This document shows positions 8,375-16,930 of a stretch of 64,000 nt of DNA, piece by piece. The stretch is taken from assembly GCA_934647235.1 (NCBI GenBank), contig CAKUFG010000008.1, positions 6,380 to 70,379 of the forward strand. The letters are read 5' to 3'. The stretch comes from an uncultured Clostridia bacterium (GTDB lineage: Bacteria; Bacillota; Clostridia; Christensenellales; Aristaeellaceae). How positions within the stretch are numbered: the first letter of the stretch is position 1; each line of letters opens with the position of its first letter. A program made the translations under genes and the position numbers. The notes beneath the pieces were generated by a model. It made no database searches and was not told the origin of the DNA. It was given only the letters and a program-made list of their open reading frames with translations.

Positions 8375-9268
8375 TTATCCCTTGACGGCGCCGATCATGG
8401 TGCCCTTGACGAAATAGCGCTGCAGGAAGGGATACAGGCACATCACCGGCAGGCTGGCCACGATGACCACCGCGTATTTGAGGCCCTCGTAGAGCAGAAT
8501 TTGGTCCACCGAGTTCATCGTGGTGTCGGTCGCGTCGGCAATGCTGTTGGTCATCAGAATCTCGCGCAGGGCAATCTGCAGCGGGAATTTCTTGCTGTCG
8601 CTCAGGTACATCATGGCGTTGAAGTAAGCGTTCCAGTGCGCCACGCCGTAATACATGGTCAGCACCGCCAGGATGGGCGCAGACAGGGGGATGATGATGG
8701 TAATCAGCGTGCGGATATTGGAGCAGCCGTCCACAAAGGCGGATTCCTGCAGTTCAAATGGAATGCTGCTGGAGAAGAAGGATTTTGCGATGATCAGGTT
8801 GTGCACCGAGATCGCGCCGGGCAGCACCACGGCCCACACGGTGTTGATCATGCCCAGGTTGCGGATGATCAGGTACAGGGGGATCATGCCGCCGGAGAAG
8901 AACATGGTAAAGGTGATCAGGGTCATGATCAGCGTGCGGCCGGCCAGATCCTTGCGGGAGAGGGGGTACGCGCCCAGCACGGTCATGACGATGTTGATGG
9001 ACACGCCCAGCAGGGTGTAAAAAATTGTGTTCTTGTAGCCGATCCACAGGCGGCTTTCGCGCAGCACCGCCTTGTAGGAGGAAAGGGTGGGATTGACGGG
9101 CCACAGGTACATTTTGCCCGCCACCAGCGAGGCCGGGCTGGTAAAGGAGGCGCTGACCACGTAAACCAGCGGGTAAAGCACAATCAGGGACAGCAGCCCC
9201 AGCACCGTATACACCAGAATCTGAAACAGAAGATCGCCGCGGGAAAGATGAATTTTCTGATTTTTCAT
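8375..9268 (-). CDS. carbohydrate ABC transporter permease (LplC-like)
   Basis: 297 aa, multi-TM, with the EAA-type loop ESAFVDGCSNIRTLITIIIPLSAP. Confidence 0.85.
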   Translation of the reverse strand: MKNQKIHLSRGDLLFQILVYTVLGLLSLIVLYPLVYVVSASFTSPASLVAGKMYLWPVNPTLSSYKAVLRESRLWIGYKNTIFYTLLGVSINIVMTVLGAYPLSRKDLAGRTLIMTLITFTMFFSGGMIPLYLIIRNLGMINTVWAVVLPGAISVHNLIIAKSFFSSSIPFELQESAFVDGCSNIRTLITIIIPLSAPILAVLTMYYGVAHWNAYFNAMMYLSDSKKFPLQIALREILMTNSIADATDTTMNSVDQILLYEGLKYAVVIVASLPVMCLYPFLQRYFVKGTMIGAVKG

Positions 9269-9283
9269 AGCTCTTTCCCTCCC

Positions 9284-10252
9284 TTAGAAAATGCGGGTGT
9301 CGCTCAGCTTGCCGGTGATAAAGTTCACGGTAAAGAGCAGGATGCAGTTGATGACGGAGTTGAACAGACCCACGGCCGTGGAGAAGCTGTACTCGGCGTT
9401 GATCAGGCCGCTCTTGTACACATAGGTCGAGATGACCTCGGAGGCCGCGATGTTCAGGTCGTTCTGCATCAGGTAGATTTTCTCATAGCCCAGGCTCATC
9501 AGCCTGCCGCATTGCAGGATCAGCATGATGCAGATGGTGGGCGCCAGGCAGGGCAGGGTGATGCGCCAGAGCATCTGCCAGCGCGACGCGCCGTCCACGC
9601 GCCCGGCCTCGTACAGGGTGGGATCGATGCCGCTGAGGGCCGCCATGTAGATGATGGAGTTCCAGCCCATGTTCTGCCATACGCCGGAGAGCACGTACAG
9701 GGACTTGAATATCTTGGGTTCGGTGGTAAAGGCCACCTTTTCGCCGCCCATGAGCACAATCAGGTTGTTGATAATGCCCGTGGAGGTGGAAAACATGGCG
9801 TTGATGATGCTCACCAGCACCACGGCGGACAGGAAGTGCGGGGCATAGGTGATGGTCTGCACAAGCTTTTTGTAGCGCTTGCTGGTTACTTCGTTGAGCA
9901 GCAGCGCCAGCAGGATGGGCAGCGGGAAGCCCAGCGCCAGGTTGTACAGGCTGATGGTCAGCGTGTTTACCAGCAGGCGCTCAAAATAATAGGATTGGAA
10001 AAAGCGGTTGAAGTGCGCCATGCCCACCCACTGGCTGCCCATAATGCCCTTGCGGATGGAATAGCGGCGGAAGGCGATCTGCACGCCGTACATTGGCGCA
10101 TAGTGGAAAATGATAAAGTACGCCAGCACGGGCACCAGCAGCAGGTACAGGTCCCAGTTTCTCGCCATACTGCGCAGCGTCCGTCTCAGCTTGGTATACC
10201 GCGCAGGGTTTTTCGGCTTGGTGTGCCGCGTGCGGTTCAGGGTAACGCTCAT
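9284..10252 (-). CDS. carbohydrate ABC transporter permease (LplB-like)
   Basis: EAA loop YEAGRVDGASRWQMLWRITLPCLAP. I moved the start to the ATG at 10252 (MSVTLNRTRH...), which follows a GGAGGAG RBS. Confidence 0.85.
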   Translation of the reverse strand: MSVTLNRTRHTKPKNPARYTKLRRTLRSMARNWDLYLLLVPVLAYFIIFHYAPMYGVQIAFRRYSIRKGIMGSQWVGMAHFNRFFQSYYFERLLVNTLTISLYNLALGFPLPILLALLLNEVTSKRYKKLVQTITYAPHFLSAVVLVSIINAMFSTSTGIINNLIVLMGGEKVAFTTEPKIFKSLYVLSGVWQNMGWNSIIYMAALSGIDPTLYEAGRVDGASRWQMLWRITLPCLAPTICIMLILQCGRLMSLGYEKIYLMQNDLNIAASEVISTYVYKSGLINAEYSFSTAVGLFNSVINCILLFTVNFITGKLSDTRIF

Positions 10253-10559
10253 CGGGTGTCTCCTCCCTTTTTCGGCCGATCGCCGCATATTCATATTTCC
10301 CGGGATAACAAGGGCGGCGCGCGCAGGGTATCGGCTGAAAAAACGGAGCGGCGCTTGCTGCCTGATGCGTGAGCCGTACAGGCTCATTCACTGTATCATA
10401 AACGCAAGCCGCGGTCTATTCAACCCCGCTGGGGCATTCCAAGCAGGATTTGCACATCAAAAGCTGAATTTGCATATCGTTAAAATGCACAAATCCTGTA
10501 TCCACGGGCAGATTTGTGGTATGATAACAACATACCCAGGGTGCTTGAAGGAGGGCAAA

Positions 10560-11711
10560 ATGCAAGCGAAGGTTTTCGATCTGATCGATCAGAAACAAAA
10601 AAAATACTTTGATCTGCTGGAAAAAATTTGCAGCATTGAGAGTAATTCGGCCGATTTTGAGGGCGTGCGCGCGGTAAACGACGCGCTGTGTGATTACGCG
10701 CAGGGGCTGGGCTTTGCCGTGCGCAAGCAGGAATACGCGGGCGCGGGGGCCACAGCGGTGATCTCCATGAACGAGGACAGTGATCAGAAGCCGCTGATGT
10801 TCTCGGGCCATATGGATACCGTGTATCAGAAGGGCGCGTTCGGCTATCCGCCCGTGCGCGTGGAGGGCGATATGATCTACGGCCCCGGCGTTTCGGACTG
10901 CAAGGGCGGCATCATCGTGGCGCTGCTGGCTATGGACGCGCTGCACGAGGCGGGCTTTACCGCGCGCCCCATCCGCCTGTTTCTGCAGTGCGACGAGGAG
11001 GTAGGCAGCCGTTACTCGCAGCGCCAGTCCATCAACAATATGATTGCCGAGGCGCAGCAGTGCGCGGCGTTCTTCAACTGCGAAACGGCGCGCCCCGGCA
11101 AGGTGACGCTGCTGCGCAAGGGCATCCTCAAGATGACCGTCCGCGTGCATGGCAGGGCCGCGCACGCCAAGGATTATATGACGGGCGTGAGCGCGCTGGT
11201 GGAGGCTGCGCATAAGATCATCCGCCTGCATGAGCGCAGCACGGCGGACGGCCCCACCTACAACTGCACCCTGGCCCCTATGGAGGGCAGCAGCAACACC
11301 GTACCCGATGTGTGCGATATTGTGATCGATATCCGCGTGGCCACCATGGCCGAGGCGCGGGAGGCGTCGGATTTTGTGCACCGCGTGGCGGCGGAATGCA
11401 CGCTGCCTGGGGCCAGCGGCGAGGTAATCCGCGAGGGCATGCGCCCGCCCATGGAGCCGTGCGAAAAGAACCAGCGCCTGTTTGACCAGGTGAACCGCAT
11501 CTGCGCGCGCTGCGGGCTGGGGCAGTTTGAGCCCTTCATGAGCGCTGGCGGCGCGGATGCATCCAATGTGTCCCAGGCGGGCGTGCCCTGTCTGGACAGC
11601 TTCGGCATCGAGGGCGGCGCGTACCACACGATCAGGGAATACGCCCGGCTGTCCTCCGTCCCCGAGCGCGCCAAGGTGCTGGCCGCCGTTGCGCTGTACT
11701 TTGAGGATTAA
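10560..11711 (+). CDS. M20-family metallopeptidase (carboxypeptidase G2-like)
   Basis: Motifs FSGHMDTV, GPGVSDCKGG and QCDEEVGS. I moved the start to the ATG at 10560, which follows a GGAGGG RBS. Confidence 0.8.
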   Translation: MQAKVFDLIDQKQKKYFDLLEKICSIESNSADFEGVRAVNDALCDYAQGLGFAVRKQEYAGAGATAVISMNEDSDQKPLMFSGHMDTVYQKGAFGYPPVRVEGDMIYGPGVSDCKGGIIVALLAMDALHEAGFTARPIRLFLQCDEEVGSRYSQRQSINNMIAEAQQCAAFFNCETARPGKVTLLRKGILKMTVRVHGRAAHAKDYMTGVSALVEAAHKIIRLHERSTADGPTYNCTLAPMEGSSNTVPDVCDIVIDIRVATMAEAREASDFVHRVAAECTLPGASGEVIREGMRPPMEPCEKNQRLFDQVNRICARCGLGQFEPFMSAGGADASNVSQAGVPCLDSFGIEGGAYHTIREYARLSSVPERAKVLAAVALYFED

Positions 11712-11738
11712 GCCCCAGCGCCTGCGGAGGACGATCCC

Positions 11739-12275
11739 ATGTTTGATTATCAACGGCATTTCGACGCCTGCTGCCGGAATCACCGCCTGCCCCTGCGTTT
11801 GTCCTTTGCTATGCCGCCAGGCTATGAAAGCGCGAACGGCATGTATGACGACGCGAAAAAGACGGTTTTTGTGAATGCGGAACGGCTGAAAAGCCGGCCG
11901 GACGCTGAGCAGGCGTTCTATCTGTTTCACGAGCTGCGCCATGCCCTGCAGTATTGCCGGCCCGAAGGCTTCGGCGCGCTGATCAGCCGCAGCCTTCAGT
12001 ATGTTATCCGGTATGACGGCGTCTGCTATAAGCAAGCCGATGGGCAATATCTGCAATGCAGATTATCCGGAAGCAGCGAATACCTGATGGATTTGTACCT
12101 TGGCCAGCCGCACGAGGCGGACGCGAACGACTTTGCCTATGCGCAGGTCAAGCGCCTCTATGGCGATTCGCCGGAGCTGCGCCGGCTGCGCAGCTTCTGG
12201 TCGCCGCGCCATCCCCTCTCCAACAGCGCTTACGAGGCGGTATATGCTGAGATCGACAGCAAGATAAAGCAATAG
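11739..12275 (+). CDS. hypothetical protein with HExxH motif (HELRH)
   Basis: 178-aa ORF 27 nt after the M20 gene. The only recognisable feature is FYLFHELRHALQY. No signal peptide. Confidence 0.55.
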   Translation: MFDYQRHFDACCRNHRLPLRLSFAMPPGYESANGMYDDAKKTVFVNAERLKSRPDAEQAFYLFHELRHALQYCRPEGFGALISRSLQYVIRYDGVCYKQADGQYLQCRLSGSSEYLMDLYLGQPHEADANDFAYAQVKRLYGDSPELRRLRSFWSPRHPLSNSAYEAVYAEIDSKIKQ

Positions 12276-12276
12276 T

Positions 12277-12322
12277 AAAAAAATCCTATCCAAGGAGTCT
12301 CCCTGGATAGGATTTCTGTTTT
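12277..12322. terminator. bidirectional terminator between convergent genes
   Basis: The hairpin AAATCCTATCCAAGG / CCCTGGATAGGATTT is flanked by an A-run (5') and a T-rich run (3'). Confidence 0.7.
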
Positions 12323-13211
12323 ATCTGATTACGCACACCGGCAGCTTATCCGGGGCGGCGTCCAGCACAATTTCCGTGCCCTGGCTGGTTTCAAAGGGCA
12401 GAATCACCGTGGCGGGGGCATACAGCCGGCTGAGGCGGCCCTTCCGCGCGAAGGCGACGGACACAACGCCGCTGCCCTGGCGCACAATCGCCTCGCCTTC
12501 GGGCGGACGCTCCGCCTGCACCTGCGCGCCCTGGATCAGCTCCAGACGCGGGCCGTTTTCCACCTCGCCGCATATCGGGCAGAAGCGCGCTTCTCCCTGG
12601 GTCATCTGAGCCGTCAGCGTCTGGCAGGGAGCCTGCTCCCGATGCGTGCAGCCCGAGCGCCGGCACTGCGCGGCGTGCGTGCCGTCGCCGCAGGGCGACC
12701 ATTCGCCATACCAGTGCCCGCGCGCAGCCGTGGTTTGCTGCGCGGTCAGCACCTCGCCGCACACGGCGCAGCGGCCGCCCTCCGTAAGGCCCGTCTGCGT
12801 GCAGTCAGCGGGCACGGCAGGCTCGATTGCCGGCGTATGCCCTGCATAGCAGGGATTGTCCGCATCGCAGCGCTCGCAGTGATCAAGCGCCGCGTTGTTG
12901 GCAGCCTCGTTGATAAAATCATGCTCCGTGGCGGGCGCCACAATGCCGCCGCAGATGACGCAGCGGACGGGCTCCGTGCAGGTGGGCTTTGCGCCGGGCC
13001 TGGTAGTGCAGGGGCCGTAGTCCACCAGCGCCTTGCACAGGCGGCACTGGTTGCCATGCACCAGCTGGCGCACGCCGCCCACCGTGCGGGAATACTGCAC
13101 CATGGTGGGCTCGCGCTGATCCACCGGATGGGAGCACTGACTGGCAGCCTGCGCCTGCGCAAACAGCAGGCATAGCAGCGCAATCAGCAGTGAAAGAACG
13201 CGCTTTTTCAT
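12321..13211 (-). CDS. secreted cysteine-rich repeat protein
   Basis: Signal peptide MKKRVLSLLIALLCLLFAQAQA. Repeated modules resemble C-x2-C-G...E and GHWYGEW (for example RCAVCGEVLTAQQTTAARGHWYGEWSPCGDG and RFCPICGEVENG). I chose the start at 13211 from the RBS spacing. Confidence 0.65.
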   Translation of the reverse strand: MKKRVLSLLIALLCLLFAQAQAASQCSHPVDQREPTMVQYSRTVGGVRQLVHGNQCRLCKALVDYGPCTTRPGAKPTCTEPVRCVICGGIVAPATEHDFINEAANNAALDHCERCDADNPCYAGHTPAIEPAVPADCTQTGLTEGGRCAVCGEVLTAQQTTAARGHWYGEWSPCGDGTHAAQCRRSGCTHREQAPCQTLTAQMTQGEARFCPICGEVENGPRLELIQGAQVQAERPPEGEAIVRQGSGVVSVAFARKGRLSRLYAPATVILPFETSQGTEIVLDAAPDKLPVCVIR

Positions 13212-13292
13212 CGTCATACCCTCCCATTAAATGGTTTACACGCCAATCATGGGATCATCATAACACAGCCGCGCGAAAAAAGCCAGCTAAAT

Positions 13293-14471
13293 TTACAGGT
13301 TTTCTTCAGCTTTTACAGCTTGCAGCGTCACCCCGCGTGCAGAATACATGCGCAGGTCGGCCTGACGCAGCAGCGCATCCATGGAAAACTCCTCGCCCGG
13401 GCGCGCGCAGGAAAAGCCGCACGTCAGTCGCAGCCGGTAGGGCATGCCGCCCTCGCGGTTAAAGCGCTCCACAGCCTGATCCACCTGCAGACGGGCATAA
13501 TCGGTATCCCACAGCAATCCGCGCTCGCCCGCCACCACAAACTCATCCCCGCCGATGCGGCCCACAAAGTCGCCCGGCTGGCTCAGGTGCATCAGGATAT
13601 CAGCGGTCTGGCGCAGGGCGTGATCGCCCATATCGTGGCCGTACTGATCGTTGATGGCCTTGAACTGATCCACGTCGATCAGGCACACAAAGAGCTTCCG
13701 GTCCTCGCGCGGCAGACGGGAAAGATGGCGCAGCATATAGCCTTCGCAGGCGCGGCGGTTGCCGATCATGGTCAGCGGGTCGGTCAGTATCTTTTCATTC
13801 TGCCGGTCAAAGTGCAGGTGCAGCATGCCCAGCGCCGAGGTCAGCCACACGATGGACAGCTGGTAGACCAGCGGCCGGATCAGGATGGCCAGCCCCGTGA
13901 GCACGGGCAGGAACAGCAGCACGCCGCGCGAATGGCGCGTGGTGCGGCTGTTATCCGCCGGGCGGATGCGCATGATGGCAATGTCGATGCAGGCCAGGTT
14001 GGCCATGGCCAGCAGGATGAACGCCCAGCCGTAATCGCCGTCGACGATTTGCCCCTGCTCGGACACCGAATAGAACAGCGGGTACGCCAGGTTGATAATC
14101 AGGAACAGCACGCCCAGCAGCGGAAACAGCCAGAAAACGCACTCGCGCAGGGGCGCCAGCCGCTCGGTCTTTTCCAGGCGGCAGACGGCAAAGCGATAAT
14201 AGCGCCGCAGCATGAAGCACGGCACGGTATCATGCACAAACAGGCACAGCAGCAGCCCTGCGCGCGCGGCGGGCTGCGCGCGGCCGGACAGCAGCTGGAT
14301 CATCCCGTTCAGCCCCAGCAGCAGCAGGTTATCCGTCAGCAGGAGCAGAAAATAGCTGTCCTCTGCGCGGTCGATCCTCAGCTCCCGGCGGTCACGCAAA
14401 AAATCGAGGACGATCTGTATAACGATCAGCATCCCCGTCAGGTTCAGTACCAGGTTCACCGCTTGCCTCAT
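13293..14471 (-). CDS. membrane-bound diguanylate cyclase (GGDEF domain)
   Basis: C-terminal RIGGDEFVV and DVDQFKAINDQYGH motifs, with an N-terminal polytopic membrane domain. I moved the start to 14471, which follows a GGAAGGAG RBS. Confidence 0.85.
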   Translation of the reverse strand: MRQAVNLVLNLTGMLIVIQIVLDFLRDRRELRIDRAEDSYFLLLLTDNLLLLGLNGMIQLLSGRAQPAARAGLLLCLFVHDTVPCFMLRRYYRFAVCRLEKTERLAPLRECVFWLFPLLGVLFLIINLAYPLFYSVSEQGQIVDGDYGWAFILLAMANLACIDIAIMRIRPADNSRTTRHSRGVLLFLPVLTGLAILIRPLVYQLSIVWLTSALGMLHLHFDRQNEKILTDPLTMIGNRRACEGYMLRHLSRLPREDRKLFVCLIDVDQFKAINDQYGHDMGDHALRQTADILMHLSQPGDFVGRIGGDEFVVAGERGLLWDTDYARLQVDQAVERFNREGGMPYRLRLTCGFSCARPGEEFSMDALLRQADLRMYSARGVTLQAVKAEENL

Positions 14472-14611
14472 GGCTTGCTCCTTCCTTTCAGTAGAACGGA
14501 TCATTATATCATATTTTTGCATATTTGCATAGCATAAGATGCAGTCAAGTGATTACATGGTTTTTTGCCCGCGCGCCGCGCTCTTTTTTTGCAAAATTCG
14601 CCCTTCGGTTC

Positions 14612-14639
14612 TTGACTTTTGATGCAATCATGTTATGAT
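14612..14639 (+). promoter_or_regulatory. sigma-A type promoter for the kinase/dehydrogenase operon
   Basis: TTGACT, 16-nt spacer, TATGAT. GCAATCAT and TCAATCAT direct repeats flank the -10 element. Confidence 0.5.
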
Positions 14640-14683
14640 ATTAGCAATGGTTGTTTCAATCATTATCGAAGCGAGGTGTTCTC

Positions 14684-15613
14684 ATGATCGTTACCATAAC
14701 GTTAACCCCGGCGCTGGACAAGACCGTCACCCTGCCCGGCTTTGCCGTGGATAAGGTCAACCGCGTGCAGTCCATGCGGCTGGATGCGGGCGGCAAGGGC
14801 ATCAACGTGTCCAAGGTGCTCAAGGCCCTGGGCACGGACAGCGTGGCCTGCGGCATTCTGGGCGGCGGCACGGGCCGCTTTATCCAGAACAGCCTGACCG
14901 AGGCGGGCATTGCCTGCGATTTCGCGCAGGTGCCCCAGGATACGCGCACCAACCTGAAGGTGATCGACCCCGTGAACCATACCAATACCGATATCAACGA
15001 GGCGGGTGCGCCCGTCAGCGAGGAAACGCTGGAGGAAGTGTTTGCCCGCGCGGCCGCGCACCTGCACAAGGATGATATCGTGGTGCTGGCGGGCAAGGCG
15101 CCCCAGGGCACGGCGGATACCATCTTTGCCGATTGGACGAAGCGCTTCCGTGAGCTGGGCGTAAAGGTGTATATGGATGCGGACGCGGCGCTGCTGATTG
15201 CGGGCGCGGCGGCCAAGCCCGCGCTGATTAAGCCCAACGACGAGGAGCTCTCCCGCCTGATGGGCCGCAAGTTTGCCGGCATCGACGAGATGGCCGTGGC
15301 CGCGCGCGAGCTGGTGGCGGGCGGCATCGAAACGGTGGTCGTCTCCCTGGGCGGCGACGGCGCGCTGTTTGTGCGCAAGGATCAGACGCTGCGCGGCAAG
15401 GGACTGAAGGTGCCGGTGCTCAGCACGGTGGGCGCGGGCGACAGCATGATGGCCACCCTGTGCCACGGGGTGGAAACGGGCATGTCCTTCATCGATACCT
15501 GCCGCCTGGCCATGGCCGTCAGCGCGGCCACGGTGATGTGCTCGGGCACGCAGGCCGCCTCCATGGATACCGTGCGCGAGCTGCTGCCCAAGGTGGAAAT
15601 CGAAACCCTGTAA
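14684..15613 (+). CDS. PfkB-family hexose-phosphate kinase (1-phosphofructokinase/tagatose-6-P kinase-like)
   Basis: MIVTITLTPALDKT..., DAGGKGINVS and TVGAGDSMMA motifs typical of FruK/LacC. Start at 14684. Confidence 0.8.
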   Translation: MIVTITLTPALDKTVTLPGFAVDKVNRVQSMRLDAGGKGINVSKVLKALGTDSVACGILGGGTGRFIQNSLTEAGIACDFAQVPQDTRTNLKVIDPVNHTNTDINEAGAPVSEETLEEVFARAAAHLHKDDIVVLAGKAPQGTADTIFADWTKRFRELGVKVYMDADAALLIAGAAAKPALIKPNDEELSRLMGRKFAGIDEMAVAARELVAGGIETVVVSLGGDGALFVRKDQTLRGKGLKVPVLSTVGAGDSMMATLCHGVETGMSFIDTCRLAMAVSAATVMCSGTQAASMDTVRELLPKVEIETL

Positions 15614-15646
15614 CGTGATTATATAATTGGAAGGAGTTTATCATCC

Positions 15647-16906
15647 ATGAAAACCAAGGCTCTGCGCCTGTACGGCGCCAAGGATCTGCGTACCGAGGAA
15701 TTTGAGCTGCCCGAAATTACGGACGATGAAATTCTGGCGGAAGTGATTTCCGACAGCATCTGCATGTCTACCTACAAGTGCGCCATGCTGGGCGAAAAGC
15801 ATAAGCGCGTGCCCAAGAACGTGCATGAAAACCCCGTGATCATGGGTCACGAGTTTGCGGGCAATATCGTCAAGGTTGGCAAGAACCACCAGGATAAGTT
15901 CAAGCCCGGCATGAAGTTCACCCTGCAGCCCGCCCTCAACTACAAGGGCACCATGTGGTCGCCCGGCTACAGCTATCCCTACTTTGGCGGCGACTGCACC
16001 TACACCATCATCCCCTCCGAGGTGATGGAGCTGGGCTGCCTGTTTGAGTATAAGGGCGACGCCTACTTTGAAGCCTCTCTGGCCGAGCCCATGAGCTGCT
16101 CCATCGGCGCGTCCCACGCGGCCTTCCATACCAAGATGGGCGTGTACCATCATGATATGGGCATCAAGGAGGGCGGCAAGATGGCCATCCTGGCTGGCGC
16201 CGGCCCCATGGGCCTGGGCATGATCGATTACACCCTGCACGGCGACCGCCGTCCCAGCATGCTGGTGGTAACCGATATCAACGAAGCCCGCCTGGCCCGC
16301 GCGCGCGAGTTGTTCACCGAAGAAGACGCCAGGAACAGCGGCGTGGATCTGCGCTTTGTTAACACCGCCAATATGGAAAACGCGGCCGAGTACCTGCGCG
16401 AGATCAGCGGCGGCGGCTATGACGACGTGTTCGCCTACGCCCCCATCACGCCCGTGGTGGAAATGGCCTCCGATATCCTGGGCCGCGATGGGTGCCTGAG
16501 CTTCTTCGCCGGCCCCACCGATCCCACCTTCAGCGCAAGGCTCAATTACTACGACGTACATTACAACTCCACCCACGTTATCGGCACCACCGGCGGCAAC
16601 ACCGCCGATATGCTCGAATCCCTGGCGCTGACCGCCGCCAACCGCATCCACCCCGCCGTGATGGTCACGCATGTGGGCGGCCTGAACTGCGCGGGCGAAA
16701 CCACGCTGAACCTGCCCTCCATCCCCGGCGGCAAAAAGCTGATCTACACCCATGTGGAAATGCCCCTGACCGCCATCGAGGACTTTGGCAAGCTGGGCGA
16801 AACCGATCCGCGCTTTGCCAAGCTGGATGCAATCTGCAAGGCCAATAACGGCCTGTGGTGCAAGGCGGCCGAGGATTACGTGCTGGCCAACTGGAAAGCC
16901 GAATAA
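15647..16906 (+). CDS. zinc-dependent dehydrogenase, L-sorbose-1-phosphate reductase-like
   Basis: 419 aa, with MKTKALRLYGAKDLRTEEFELPEITDDEILAEVISDSICMSTYK...GHEFAGNIVKVG. The size and N-terminus fit the SorE-like MDR subgroup (from memory, not searched). Confidence 0.65.
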   Translation: MKTKALRLYGAKDLRTEEFELPEITDDEILAEVISDSICMSTYKCAMLGEKHKRVPKNVHENPVIMGHEFAGNIVKVGKNHQDKFKPGMKFTLQPALNYKGTMWSPGYSYPYFGGDCTYTIIPSEVMELGCLFEYKGDAYFEASLAEPMSCSIGASHAAFHTKMGVYHHDMGIKEGGKMAILAGAGPMGLGMIDYTLHGDRRPSMLVVTDINEARLARARELFTEEDARNSGVDLRFVNTANMENAAEYLREISGGGYDDVFAYAPITPVVEMASDILGRDGCLSFFAGPTDPTFSARLNYYDVHYNSTHVIGTTGGNTADMLESLALTAANRIHPAVMVTHVGGLNCAGETTLNLPSIPGGKKLIYTHVEMPLTAIEDFGKLGETDPRFAKLDAICKANNGLWCKAAEDYVLANWKAE

Positions 16907-16930
16907 TTGCGCTGAAAAGGGACAAAGGAT

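Noticed and set aside
8360-10372. 670-aa plus-strand ORF spanning both LplB/LplC-like permease genes
   Set aside because: It is antisense to two well-supported permease genes and crosses their intergenic gap. It has a low-complexity H/G/D/Q/V-rich translation. This is a GC-driven open frame.
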